From Pseudomonadota bacterium (GTDB taxonomy: Bacteria; Pseudomonadota; Gammaproteobacteria; Burkholderiales; Burkholderiaceae_C), in assembly GCA_023438115.1 (NCBI GenBank), contig JAEZEB010000255.1, positions 1 through 53,982 on the forward strand: a stretch of DNA of 53,982 nt. The letters run 5' to 3'. Under the pieces are notes generated by a model that saw only the letters and a list, made by a program, of their open reading frames with translations, did not search any database and was not told the origin of the DNA. A program made the position numbers and the translations under genes. Of the stretch, positions 43,535 to 53,227 are shown piece by piece. The number at the start of each line of letters is the position of its first letter. Positions within the stretch are counted from its first letter, which is position 1.

Positions 43535-44290
43535 TCAGGAGATCGAGTAGCCGCCGTCGACGGGGATCGCCGTGCCCGTGACGAAGTCGCTCGCGCCGCT
43601 GGCGAGGAACACGGCGATGCCGGCCAGGTCCTGCGGCTGGCCCCAGCGGCCCGCCGCGGTGCGCGCGAGCACGCGCTCGTGCAGGCCGGGCACCTGCGCC
43701 CGTGCCGCCACGGTGAGGTCCGTGTCTATCCATCCGGGCAGCACCGCGTTGGCCTGGATGTTGTCTTTTGCCCAGGCGAGCGCGATGGAGCGCGTGAACT
43801 GCACGATGCCGCCCTTGCTGGCGCAGTACGCCGGCGCGTAGGGCGCGCCGAAGATCGACAGGATGGAGGCGACGTTGAGGACCTTCCCGCGGCCCGCCTC
43901 GCGCAGCAGCGGATAGGCCGCGCGGCAGCAGAGGAAGGCGCTCGTGAGGTTGACGTCCATCACGGCGTTCCATTCCTCCAGCGTGAAGTCCTGCGGCGCC
44001 TTGCGCACGGTGCTGCCGGCGTTGTTCACCAGGATGTCCAGGCGGCCGTGCCGCGCGCGCACGCCGTCGAAGAGGGCCTGCACGGCGGCCTCGTCGGTGA
44101 CGTCGGCCGCCTGGCTCTCGGCCCGCACGCCCAGCGCATGCAGCTGGCGCAACGCCGCCGCGGACTTTTCCGCGTTGCGGCCGACGATCACCACGGTGGC
44201 CCCGGCCTGGCCCAGGCCGCCCGCCATCCCGAGGCCGATGCCGCCGTTGCCGCCGGTGACGAGGGCGATCCTGTCGGTGAGGTCGAACAT
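43535..44290 (-). CDS. SDR oxidoreductase (KduD/gluconate-5-dehydrogenase-like); start could also be 44302
   Basis: TGGNGGIG, NNAG, YCASKGG, PVDGG. Confidence 0.88.
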   Translation of the reverse strand: MFDLTDRIALVTGGNGGIGLGMAGGLGQAGATVVIVGRNAEKSAAALRQLHALGVRAESQAADVTDEAAVQALFDGVRARHGRLDILVNNAGSTVRKAPQDFTLEEWNAVMDVNLTSAFLCCRAAYPLLREAGRGKVLNVASILSIFGAPYAPAYCASKGGIVQFTRSIALAWAKDNIQANAVLPGWIDTDLTVAARAQVPGLHERVLARTAAGRWGQPQDLAGIAVFLASGASDFVTGTAIPVDGGYSIS

Positions 44291-44313
44291 GCGCTCAAGC
44301 ATAATCACTCGCC

Positions 44314-45030
44314 ATGCGCCAGATCGTCCTCGATACCGAAACCACGGGTTTGTCCGCAGAAGCCGGCGACCGCATCATCGAGATCGGTTGCGTCGAGCTC
44401 GTGGCCCGCAAGCTGACGGGCAACAACAAGCACTGGTACCTGAATCCCGAGCGCGACTCGCACGAGGACGCGCTCAAGGTCCACGGCATCAGCAACGAGT
44501 TCCTGCGCGACAAGCCCAAGTTCGCGGCCGTGGCCGACGAGCTCATGGAGTACGTCGACGGCGCCGAGATCATCATCCACAACGCGGCCTTCGACATCGG
44601 CTTCCTGAACAAGGAGCTGGAGCTCCTGGGCCGCCCGCCCTTCACGCGCCACGTCGCCAAGGTCACGGACACCCTGGCGATGGCGAAGGAGATGTACCCC
44701 GGCAAGCGCAACAGCCTGGACGCGCTGTGCGACCGGCTGGGCGTCGACAACTCCGGCCGCACGCTGCACGGCGCGCTGCTGGACGCCGAGCTGCTGGCCG
44801 ATGTCTACATCAATCTCACGCGCGGCCAGGATGCGCTGCTGATCGACGAGGTGGATTCCGGCTCCGTCGGGGCGATCGTCACCCGGGTCGACCTGCGCCA
44901 GTTCACCCTGCCGGTGCTGGTGGCCAACGAGCAGGAGGCGGCGGCCCACGAGGAAGTGCTCAAGCAGCTGGACAAGGCTTCGGGCGGGAAGACAGTCTGG
45001 CGTCAGGTGCCCGTTTCACCTGTGGCATAA
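44314..45030 (+). CDS. dnaQ: DNA polymerase III epsilon subunit
   Basis: LDTETTG, HNAAFD, HGALLDAE (DEDDh). Confidence 0.96.
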   Translation: MRQIVLDTETTGLSAEAGDRIIEIGCVELVARKLTGNNKHWYLNPERDSHEDALKVHGISNEFLRDKPKFAAVADELMEYVDGAEIIIHNAAFDIGFLNKELELLGRPPFTRHVAKVTDTLAMAKEMYPGKRNSLDALCDRLGVDNSGRTLHGALLDAELLADVYINLTRGQDALLIDEVDSGSVGAIVTRVDLRQFTLPVLVANEQEAAAHEEVLKQLDKASGGKTVWRQVPVSPVA

Positions 45031-45055
45031 TTGCGGGCTTCCCGACCAGGGAAAC

Positions 45056-45130
45056 GGGTGATTAGCTCAGCGGTAGAGCACTGCCTTCACACGGCAGGGG
45101 TCACATGTTCGATCCATGTATCACCCACCA
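45056..45130 (+). tRNA. tRNA-Val(CAC)
   Basis: GGGTGAT/ATCACCC acceptor stem, encoded CCA, TAGCTCAG D-arm, CTGCC-TTCACAC-GGCAG anticodon arm, GTTCGAT T-loop. Confidence 0.96.
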
Positions 45131-45134
45131 GTTT

Positions 45135-45172
45135 CAAAGACAAACGGCCCCTCTCGGGGCCGTTTGTCTTTG
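45135..45172. terminator. intrinsic (possibly bidirectional) terminator after the tRNA
   Basis: perfect 17-bp inverted repeat CAAAGACAAACGGCCCC-TCTC-GGGGCCGTTTGTCTTTG. Confidence 0.85.
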
Positions 45173-45350
45173 TTGGGATGCTTGAGCTGGTTGCGAACGA
45201 TGGCTTTCCAGTCTCGCTTGCGGAAGAGCGTCATGGGGCTTGACCCTCCTTGGGGACGATCCTAGCCCTGCGAAGCGTTCTTGGGGCCGCTCAGGCACCC
45301 GCAATTGCATCAGGTAGATACCCGGATGCGCCCGCGCGGCGGCACCCACG

Positions 45351-45374
45351 AAAACGCCACCCGAGGGTGGCGTT
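45351..45374 (-). terminator. intrinsic terminator of the SLT-like gene
   Basis: AACGCCACC-CGAG-GGTGGCGTT stem ending in a short T run on the minus strand, 24 nt after the stop. Confidence 0.65.
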
Positions 45375-45397
45375 CTTGCTGGCTGGTCCGGCGGCGC

Positions 45398-46234
45398 TCA
45401 GGTGTTCATCGCCTGCGCCAGCTGCACCGCCTCGCGCGCGCCCTGGCGCACGTTGATGATGTGGCGGCGCGTTTCGATCGGCAGCTTCGCGGTGTTGAGC
45501 CCGTCCCACTTGTTGCGGCCCTTGACGGAGAGGTTGTAGTAGATCGAGACGCCCTCGCGCAGCTTCTGCGCGTACTGCTCGGGCGTGAGTTCCAGGTGCT
45601 CGATCCGGTTCGCGGCCCACTTGGCGCCGTGCTTCATGTTCACGGCGGCGGCATAGACGGCCTGCACCGGGTCGTTGGGGTCCTTGAGGCCCAGGCCCTT
45701 GGCCGTGCCGGGCTCGAACTGCGCCAGCCCGTAGCTGCGCACGCCGTTCTTGCCCAGCCCGGTGCGGGGGATCCAGGAGGTCTCGGCGTCGATCACGCCA
45801 TACACGTCCGCATAGCTGAGGCCCACCTTGTGCAGGCCCGCGCGGTACGCGGCCGCCTGCGCCAGCAGGATGCGGGATTCTTCGTCGGGCGTGCGGATCT
45901 TCCTGCCCGCATAGCGCACGGTCTCGAACTTGATCTGTGCGCGCACCTCCTTCGGGGAGGTGAACTTCACCGCGACCTTCGCCGCGGGCGTGGCCAGCTG
46001 CAAGGCAGGTGCGGCGGCCGGGCTCGTGGCGGCGGCGACGGCCGCGGCGCTGACCTTTTCCGCGACCTCGGCGGCTGCCGGCGCGGCGGCATTCACCGCG
46101 GCAGAGGCAGCGGTCGCGGCGATCGGGGTGCTGGCCGGGTCGGAGGAAACCTGGCTCGAGAGGGCGGCGACGGCGCCGATGACGGCGAGGGAGGCGGCGG
46201 CCCAGACGGGGGAGGTTTTCTTGACGCTTTGCAT
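45398..46234 (-). CDS. exported/membrane-anchored lytic transglycosylase (SLT)-like protein
   Basis: N-terminal hydrophobic segment, Ala-rich linker, IDAETSW, SYGLAQF, DPNDP, YYN, ETRRHI resemble SLT motifs; AAGGA RBS. Confidence 0.6.
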   Translation of the reverse strand: MQSVKKTSPVWAAASLAVIGAVAALSSQVSSDPASTPIAATAASAAVNAAAPAAAEVAEKVSAAAVAAATSPAAAPALQLATPAAKVAVKFTSPKEVRAQIKFETVRYAGRKIRTPDEESRILLAQAAAYRAGLHKVGLSYADVYGVIDAETSWIPRTGLGKNGVRSYGLAQFEPGTAKGLGLKDPNDPVQAVYAAAVNMKHGAKWAANRIEHLELTPEQYAQKLREGVSIYYNLSVKGRNKWDGLNTAKLPIETRRHIINVRQGAREAVQLAQAMNT

Positions 46235-46411
46235 GTGTCCTTGTAGGTCCTGTCGTTCGAAGCTGTAGGAGGCTTCTGATGGACCTGTAGGACACGCGGG
46301 AGTTCGAACCTCAGCCGGGTCTTATTCCACGATCGGGCGACGAGTTGCCCGAAAAGGGTAAGGAATTTGTAAATTGGGCCTCGGCCGCAGCGGTGCGGCC
46401 GGGCTGTTGGC

Positions 46412-47770
46412 TCAGCTGCGCTTGGCGTCGTCCTTGGACGCGAAGGTCTGCTTGACGCGGCCGCCGTCCTTCTTCTTCGCGGTCGTCGTGGGATTGGAAG
46501 ACTTCTTGGCGGCCGTCGTCGTCTTCGAGGACTTCTTGTTCGAGGCGACGGCCTTCTTCTTGCCGGAATCGGCTTTGCGCGCGACTGCGGTCTTTTTTCT
46601 TGCTTCGGCCTTGCGGGCATCGGCCACCCGCTTCGCTTCAGCGCGCTCGCGGGCCGCGTCCGCGCGTGCCGCGGCGCGTTCGGCGTCCATGGCGGCCACC
46701 GCCTCCGGGCCGCCGATCCGGGCGACGGTCCATCGGCGCAGCCGCTCCGCATCGGCCACGCGGTTGCCGTTGCTCTCGGCATCCAGCAGCACCATGATCA
46801 CGTCGCGGCCCGCCAGCTTCGTCGCCATGGTGAGGCAGCGGCCGGCCTCCACGATGTAGCCGGTCTTCTGCAGCTCGATGTCCCAGCCATCGCTCGTGTT
46901 GCGCACCAGCCGGTTGGAGTTGATGTACTGCATGGACTTGCCGCCCAGGTCCGCCGTGTGGCGCGCCGTCGTCGAGTACGTGGCGATCAGCGGGTTGCGC
47001 GCCGCGGTCCGCGCCAGCAGCGCGACGTCGCGCGCGGTCGAACGGTTGCCATTGGACAGGCCCGTGGGATCCACGAAGCGCGTGCTGCGCATGCCCAGTT
47101 GCGCCGCCTTGGCGTTCATCGCCGCGACCATGCGTTCCAGCCCGCCCGGATAGTTGCGCCCCAGCGCATGCGCGGCGCGGTTCTCGCTGGACATCAGCGC
47201 CAGGTGCAGGGCCTCCTGGCGCGTCAGCTGCGTGCCCACGCGCAGGCGCGAGCGGCTGTGCCGCAGGTTGTCCACGTCGTCGTCGGTGATGGTCAGGACC
47301 TCGTCCATCGGCTGCCGCGCCTCCAGCACCACCAGGCTGGTCATGAGCTTGGTGAGCGAGGCGATCGGCAGCACGGCCTGTGCGTTCTTCTGCGCCAGCA
47401 CTTCGCCGCTGGCCTGGTCGATCACGATGGCGGCGCTGGAGTTGAGCTTGAGCGGATCGGGCTCGAGATGCAGGCCTTTCGCGCGCCCGAAGGACATCAC
47501 CGGGCCGGAGGGCGAAGCGGCGTTGGGGCTGCGATCGGTCTCGGATTCACCGGGCGGCACCACTTGAACGGGCTCGGGTGCGGGCGGCGCGGCGGCCGGT
47601 GCTGCCTCCGGCGCATCGGCGGGCGCTTGCGCCACCTGCGTGGAGGACGACGTGTTCCCGGTGTCGCGCCCCTCGAAGGAGCGGTACGCGACGGGGGCGA
47701 GCAGGCCCGCCGCCACGAGGGCGGCCAGCAGGGCGGCGAGGCTGAGTTTCTTGCGGAGGGCAGGGCGCAT
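46412..47770 (-). CDS. D-alanyl-D-alanine endopeptidase (PBP7/PbpG-like, peptidase S11) with Lys-rich tail
   Basis: ASLTK (SxxK), SSEN (SxN), QKTG (KTG), FVDPTGL; N-terminal signal/TM. Confidence 0.88.
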   Translation of the reverse strand: MRPALRKKLSLAALLAALVAAGLLAPVAYRSFEGRDTGNTSSSTQVAQAPADAPEAAPAAAPPAPEPVQVVPPGESETDRSPNAASPSGPVMSFGRAKGLHLEPDPLKLNSSAAIVIDQASGEVLAQKNAQAVLPIASLTKLMTSLVVLEARQPMDEVLTITDDDVDNLRHSRSRLRVGTQLTRQEALHLALMSSENRAAHALGRNYPGGLERMVAAMNAKAAQLGMRSTRFVDPTGLSNGNRSTARDVALLARTAARNPLIATYSTTARHTADLGGKSMQYINSNRLVRNTSDGWDIELQKTGYIVEAGRCLTMATKLAGRDVIMVLLDAESNGNRVADAERLRRWTVARIGGPEAVAAMDAERAAARADAARERAEAKRVADARKAEARKKTAVARKADSGKKKAVASNKKSSKTTTAAKKSSNPTTTAKKKDGGRVKQTFASKDDAKRS

Positions 47771-47891
47771 GGAGGTCTTGTCCTTCCCGCCCGACTCTAT
47801 CGACGCGACTCGCGCAACACGGGTGCCAAGGGAGCAAGCTGCTGTAGTCCGCAGATGACGATCGTTGCGGGCGTTACCATCGGGTGTTCCC

Positions 47892-49067
47892 ATGCACGGG
47901 CCTGGCCCCGTCCGCCGAAAAATTCCTGCCTCCGCTTCCCCGCTGCCGCTGATCCTGCTGCTGGCCCTCGCCCATGCGGGATTCGGCGGCGCGCGGCTCG
48001 CCATTTCGTTGCAAGCCCTCAACCTCGGCGCGTCCGCGCTTGGCGTCGGCCTGTTGATGAGCCTGCTGATGCTGGTGCCGACCTTCATCGCGGTGCACGT
48101 GGGTCGCTGGGTCGATCGTTCGGGTTACCGCCGCCCCACGGCCATCGGCCTGGCGGGCGTGCTGCTCGGTGAAGCGGCCGCGGCCTTGCTGCCCGGACTC
48201 GCGGGCCTGGCCGTCGCCAGCCTGTTCGTCGGCACCGCGTTCACCTTCGCGCACGTCGCCGTGAACAACGCCATCGGCCACGTCGCGGGGGCGGGTGGAC
48301 GCACGCGCGCCTTCGGCTTGATGGGCGTGGGCTTTTCCGTCTCCGCGCTGGTCGGCCCCATGGTGGCGGGCGGGGCGATCGACCTGCTGGGACATCGCTG
48401 GGCCTTCGTGGTCCTCGCGCTCTTTCCCGTGGCCGCCGGCGTGTTGCTGCGGCGCGCGCGCGACTTGCCGCGGAGCGACCCGGTTCCCGGAAAGAGCGCG
48501 CGCGGCGTGCTGGACCTGCTGCGGCTGCCGCGGCTGCGTGCCGTGCTCGTGGTGAGCGCGCTCATCTCCTCCGGCTGGGACCTCTTCACTTTCCTCGTGC
48601 CGCTGCACGGCGCGAACAGCGGCCTTTCCGCCACGGCGATCGGCCTGGTGGCGGGCGCCTTCGGCGTGGGCAGCGCCGCGGTGCGCGTCGCGCTGCCCTG
48701 GATCGCGCGGCGGGTGCCGGAGTGGAAGCTGCTCGGGTCCGCGCTGGTCCTTGCCGGCCTGGGCTACTTCGCTTTTCCGTTCTGCGTCACCGTGGGCACC
48801 ATGCTGCCGCTCGCGTTCACGCTCGGCATGGTGCTCGGTTGCGGCCAGCCCATCGTCATGAGCCTGCTGCACGTGACGGCGCCGGCCGAGCGCACCGGCG
48901 AGGCGGTCGGCCTGCGCGCGGCCATCACGAGCCTGGGGCAGACGGTGCTTCCCCTGGCCTTCGGCGGGTTCGGCGCCGCGGTGGGCATGCTGCCGCTCTT
49001 CTGGACGGCGGGCGCGCTCCTGGGCATCGGCGGCGCCGCGGCGGCTTCGCGGCGGCCCGGACAGTAA
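47892..49067 (+). CDS. MFS transporter
   Basis: ~12 hydrophobic segments; GRWVDRSGYRR motif A. Confidence 0.88.
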   Translation: MHGPGPVRRKIPASASPLPLILLLALAHAGFGGARLAISLQALNLGASALGVGLLMSLLMLVPTFIAVHVGRWVDRSGYRRPTAIGLAGVLLGEAAAALLPGLAGLAVASLFVGTAFTFAHVAVNNAIGHVAGAGGRTRAFGLMGVGFSVSALVGPMVAGGAIDLLGHRWAFVVLALFPVAAGVLLRRARDLPRSDPVPGKSARGVLDLLRLPRLRAVLVVSALISSGWDLFTFLVPLHGANSGLSATAIGLVAGAFGVGSAAVRVALPWIARRVPEWKLLGSALVLAGLGYFAFPFCVTVGTMLPLAFTLGMVLGCGQPIVMSLLHVTAPAERTGEAVGLRAAITSLGQTVLPLAFGGFGAAVGMLPLFWTAGALLGIGGAAAASRRPGQ

Positions 49068-49126
49068 CCCGGATTGCGCGCGGCCCGGGGCTGTGCGAGA
49101 TTGGCGCTCCGCAACCAGGAGGCGCC

Positions 49127-50155
49127 ATGCTGTTTCCCACCACCATCGTCGGGAGCTACCCGCAACCCGAATGGCTGATCGACCGCGCGAAGCTGGCGGG
49201 ACGCTTCCCGCCCCGCGTGCGCGCCCGCGAGCTGTGGCGCCTGCAGGAGCCGTACCTTTCGCAGGCGCAGGACGACGCGACGCTGCTGGCGATCAAGGCG
49301 CAGGAGGAAGCGGGCCTGGACATCATCTCCGACGGCGAGATCCGGCGCGAGAGCTATTCCAACCGCTTCGCCACCGCGCTGGACGGCGTGGACCTCGACA
49401 ACCCCGGCACGGCGCTGGACCGCTCGGGCCATCCGAATCCCGTTCCGCGCATCGTCGGGCGCATCCGCCGGCGGCATGCGGTGGAAGTGGACGACCTGAA
49501 GTTCCTGAAGGCCCACACGAAGCGCAGGACCAAGATCACGGTACCCGGTCCCTTCACGATGCTGCAGCAGGCGCAGAACGACTTCTACGCCAGCGAGGAA
49601 GAGGCCGCGATGGACTACGCCGAGGCCGTCAACGCGGAGATCCGCGATCTGTTCGCGGCCGGCGCGGACGTGGTGCAGATCGACGAGCCCTACATGCAGG
49701 CGCGACCGGAGAAGGCGCGCCAGTACGGCCTGGCCGCGCTGAACCGCGCGCTCGAAGGCGTGCAGGGCACGACCTGCGTGCACATCTGCTTCGGCTATGC
49801 CGCGGTGATCCACGTGCGGCCCAGCGGTTACTCCTTCCTGCCGGAACTGGCTGGGTGCCGCTGCAACCAGGTCTCCATCGAAACCGCGCAGTCGAAGCTC
49901 GACACGCGCGTGCTGCGCGAGCTGGACGGCAAGCAGGTGCTCGTGGGCTGCCTGGACCTGTCGGACATGCAGGTGGAAACGCCCGAAGTCGTGGCGGACC
50001 GGGTGCGGCGCGCCCTGGAGCACATCGCGCCGGAGCAGGTGATCCTGGCGCCGGACTGCGGCATGAAGTACCTGCCGCGCGAGGTGGCGCAGGGCAAGCT
50101 CGCCGCGATGGTGGCCGCGGCCGGGCAGCTGCGGCGGGAGTACGGCGAAGGCTGA
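49127..50155 (+). CDS. core (single-barrel) cobalamin-independent methionine synthase-family protein
   Basis: AGGAGG RBS; TTIVGSYP, SDGEIRR, PGPFT, QIDEP, HICFG, PDCG. Confidence 0.85.
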   Translation: MLFPTTIVGSYPQPEWLIDRAKLAGRFPPRVRARELWRLQEPYLSQAQDDATLLAIKAQEEAGLDIISDGEIRRESYSNRFATALDGVDLDNPGTALDRSGHPNPVPRIVGRIRRRHAVEVDDLKFLKAHTKRRTKITVPGPFTMLQQAQNDFYASEEEAAMDYAEAVNAEIRDLFAAGADVVQIDEPYMQARPEKARQYGLAALNRALEGVQGTTCVHICFGYAAVIHVRPSGYSFLPELAGCRCNQVSIETAQSKLDTRVLRELDGKQVLVGCLDLSDMQVETPEVVADRVRRALEHIAPEQVILAPDCGMKYLPREVAQGKLAAMVAAAGQLRREYGEG

Positions 50156-50189
50156 ACTCCGCGCGGCGCGGCTGCGCCACAATCGGGGG

Positions 50190-51041
50190 ATGACATCGCT
50201 GGTCCGAATTTTCCCGGGCAGCGGCCCCCTGGTGCTCGACTCGCCGCACAGCGGCGTGGACTATCCGGAGGATTTCCGCCCCGCCTGCGAGCTGTCCGTC
50301 CTGCGCCGCGCCGAGGACACGCACGTCGAGAAGCTCTACGACTTCGCCCCGGCGCTGGGTTGCGCCTGGATCGAGGCCCTGTTCCCGCGCAGCTACCTGG
50401 ATGCGAACCGCAGCCCGCAGGAGATCGACACGACGCTGCTGTCCGAGCCCTGGCCCGACCCGGTGGAGAGCGATCCGCGGCTGCTCGCCAAGGTGCGCCT
50501 GGGCAAGGGCCTGGTCTGGCGCTGCACCGACGACGGCCTGGACATCTACGACAGGAAGCTCACGGCCGCCGAGGTGCGCGCGCGCATCGACCGCTGCTGG
50601 CGTCCCTATCACGCCGCCGTCGCCGACGCGATCGAAGCGGCGCATGCGCGGCACGGCTACAGCATCCACCTGAACTGCCACTCCATGCCCTCGGTGGCCG
50701 CGAGCCACGCGACCGACTTTCCCGGGCTGGTCCATCCGGACTTCGTGGTCGGCGACCGCGACGGCACGACGGCTTCCCCGGCGCTCTCGCATTGGCTGTG
50801 CGCACAGCTGCGCGGCATGGGCTACGAGGTGGCCTACAACCATCCTTACAAGGGCGTGGAGCTGGTGCGGCGCTACGGCGACCCGGCGCGCAATCGCCAC
50901 AGCATCCAGGTCGAGATCAATCGCCGGCTCTACATGAACGAAGAGACGCTGGAGCTGCACGCCGGCTTCGAGCCGCTGCGCGAGAACCTGCGGCGCCTGG
51001 TGCAGGCGCTCGTGCAGACGGACCCGAGGACGCTGTCCTGA
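50190..51041 (+). CDS. N-formylglutamate amidohydrolase family
   Basis: [42 protein letters not shown]. Confidence 0.88.
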   Translation: MTSLVRIFPGSGPLVLDSPHSGVDYPEDFRPACELSVLRRAEDTHVEKLYDFAPALGCAWIEALFPRSYLDANRSPQEIDTTLLSEPWPDPVESDPRLLAKVRLGKGLVWRCTDDGLDIYDRKLTAAEVRARIDRCWRPYHAAVADAIEAAHARHGYSIHLNCHSMPSVAASHATDFPGLVHPDFVVGDRDGTTASPALSHWLCAQLRGMGYEVAYNHPYKGVELVRRYGDPARNRHSIQVEINRRLYMNEETLELHAGFEPLRENLRRLVQALVQTDPRTLS

Positions 51042-52162
51042 TGGACCGCGTGGCGGCCGTGGTGGTCGGCGCGGGCGCCGTCGGCCTGGCGGCCGCGCGC
51101 GCTCTCGCGCAGGCCGGTCACGAGACGCTGGTGCTGGAGGCCCAGTCCGGCATCGGGCAGGGCGTGAGCTCGCGCAACAGCGAGGTGATCCACGCCGGGC
51201 TCTACTACACGCCCGGATCGCTCAAGGCGCGCTTGTGCGTGCGCGGCAAGGACTTGCTGTATGCGCTGTGCGCCTCGCACGGCGTGGACCACCGCCGCTG
51301 CGGCAAGCTCACGGTGGCCAACAGCGCGGAGGAAGTGCAGGCGCTGCGTGGCCTGCAGGACAGGGCCGCCGCCAATGGCGTGCCGGTGGAATGGCTGGAG
51401 GCGGAGCAGGCGCGGGCGCTGGAGCCGGCGTTGCGCTGCATCGCGGCGCTGCATTCGCCCAGCACCGGCATCGTGGACAGCCACGGCTTCATGCTGGCGC
51501 TGCAGGGCGACCTGGAACGCGCGGGCGGGCTGGTGGTGTTCGGCACCGAGCTGCGGTCGGCGCGGCTGTCGCCGCGTGCCGGCGAGCCGCACGTGCTGCA
51601 CCTGGCGGACGGCACCGAGCTTGCCTGCGACCTGCTGGTGAACGCGGGCTCGCTGCACGCGTGCGCACTCGCGAGCCGCTTCGAGGGACTGGACGCGCGC
51701 TTCGTGCCGCGCGCGTCCTTCGCCAAGGGCAACTACTACGCGCTCGCGGGCCGTTCGCCTTTCACGCACCTGATCTATCCCGCGCCCGCCGACGCCTGGC
51801 TGGGCGTGCACCTCACGCTGGACCTGGGCGGCCAGGCCAAGTTCGGTCCCGACATCGAGTGGCTGGACGTCGCGACGCCGGAAGAGATCGACTACCGCGT
51901 GGATCCCGCGCGCGCCGACGGCTTCTACGCGGAGGTGAGGCGTTACTGGCCGGAACTGCCGGACGGCGCGCTGTCGCCCAGCTACAGCGGCGTGCGGCCC
52001 AAGATCCACGGCGCGAGCGAGAAGGCGCCGGACTTCCGCATCGACGGCCCGGAGCTGCACGGCGTGCCGGGGCTGGTCAACCTGTTCGGCATCGAGTCGC
52101 CCGGCCTCACCAGCGCGCTGGCCATCGCGGAACTCACGCGCGAACGGCTGCTTGCGCCCTGA
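51041..52162 (+). CDS. FAD-dependent oxidoreductase, L-2-hydroxyglutarate oxidase-like
   Basis: TGATG coupling; [40 protein letters not shown]. Confidence 0.85.
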   Translation: MDRVAAVVVGAGAVGLAAARALAQAGHETLVLEAQSGIGQGVSSRNSEVIHAGLYYTPGSLKARLCVRGKDLLYALCASHGVDHRRCGKLTVANSAEEVQALRGLQDRAAANGVPVEWLEAEQARALEPALRCIAALHSPSTGIVDSHGFMLALQGDLERAGGLVVFGTELRSARLSPRAGEPHVLHLADGTELACDLLVNAGSLHACALASRFEGLDARFVPRASFAKGNYYALAGRSPFTHLIYPAPADAWLGVHLTLDLGGQAKFGPDIEWLDVATPEEIDYRVDPARADGFYAEVRRYWPELPDGALSPSYSGVRPKIHGASEKAPDFRIDGPELHGVPGLVNLFGIESPGLTSALAIAELTRERLLAP

Positions 52163-53186
52163 AGGCGCGCGCGATCTCGTCGACCAGCGCCGGTCCCTTG
52201 TAGATCAGCCCCGTGTAGATCTGCACCACGTCCGCGCCCGCGCGCAGCTTGGAGAGCGCGTCGTCCGCGCTCAGAACGCCGCCCACGCCGATGATCGGAT
52301 AGCCGCTACCGAGGGTGGCGCGCAGCTGCGCGATCACCCGGTTGCTTGCCTCCAGCACCGGCGCGCCGCTGAGGCCGCCCGTTTCCTCCGCATGCGGCAG
52401 GCCCTGCACCTTGTCGCGCGCGATGGTGGTGTTGGTGGCGATCACGCCGTCCATGCCATGGCGGCGCAGGGTCGCGGCGATCACGTCGACCTGCGCCTCG
52501 TCCAGGTCGGGCGCGATCTTCACGAACAGCGGCACGCGCCGTCCGTGCTCGCGCGCCAGTTCCTCGCGCCGTGCGGCGATCGCGGACAGGAGCGCATCCA
52601 GCGCCTCGTCGCTCTGGAGCGCCCGCAGGTTCTTGGTGTTGGGGCTGGAGATGTTGACGGTGACGTAGTCCGCATGCGGATAGACGCCGGCGAGGCAGGC
52701 GAGGTAGTCGTCGGTCGCCTGCTCGATGGGCGTGGCCGCGTTCTTGCCGATGTTCAGGCCCAGCAACCGGCCCTGGCCGCGAAAGCGCGAACGCTGCACG
52801 TTGGCGATGAAGGCATCCAGCCCGTCGTTGTTGAAGCCCAGCCGGTTGATCAGCGCGTTGGCCTGCGGCAGGCGGAACATGCGCGGCTTGGGGTTGCCCG
52901 GCTGCGGACGCGGCGTCACGGTGCCCACCTCGACGAAGCCGAAGCCCATCGCGCCCAGGGCGTCGATGCAGCGGGCGTTCTTGTCCAGCCCGGCGGCGAG
53001 GCCCACGCGGTTGGGGAAGCGCAGGCCGGCCAGTTCGACCGGATCCGGCACGAAGCCGTTGCAATAGGCCCAGCGCAGCGGCGTGCCCTGCAGGCGCTCC
53101 AGCGAGCCCAGGGTCAGCTCATGGGCGGCTTCGGGATCGAGGCCGAAGAGGAAAGGGCGGGCGAGGGCGTAGGGCAGGAGGGACAT
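52134..53186 (-). CDS. pyrD: quinone-dependent dihydroorotate dehydrogenase
   Basis: [46 protein letters not shown]. Confidence 0.96.
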   Translation of the reverse strand: MSLLPYALARPFLFGLDPEAAHELTLGSLERLQGTPLRWAYCNGFVPDPVELAGLRFPNRVGLAAGLDKNARCIDALGAMGFGFVEVGTVTPRPQPGNPKPRMFRLPQANALINRLGFNNDGLDAFIANVQRSRFRGQGRLLGLNIGKNAATPIEQATDDYLACLAGVYPHADYVTVNISSPNTKNLRALQSDEALDALLSAIAARREELAREHGRRVPLFVKIAPDLDEAQVDVIAATLRRHGMDGVIATNTTIARDKVQGLPHAEETGGLSGAPVLEASNRVIAQLRATLGSGYPIIGVGGVLSADDALSKLRAGADVVQIYTGLIYKGPALVDEIARAFRAQAAVRA

Positions 53187-53227
53187 CCGATAATTCCGGC
53201 TTCTTAGTTGCAACCGGGGATTGTCGC

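Noticed and set aside
45056..46411. Prophage or ICE integrated at tRNA-Val
   Set aside because: No integrase, and no duplicated tRNA 3' end found in the window
52134..52162. 29-bp 3' overlap of the convergent FAD oxidase and pyrD genes
   Set aside because: Short tail-to-tail overlaps are common in compact high-GC genomes, and both proteins look complete
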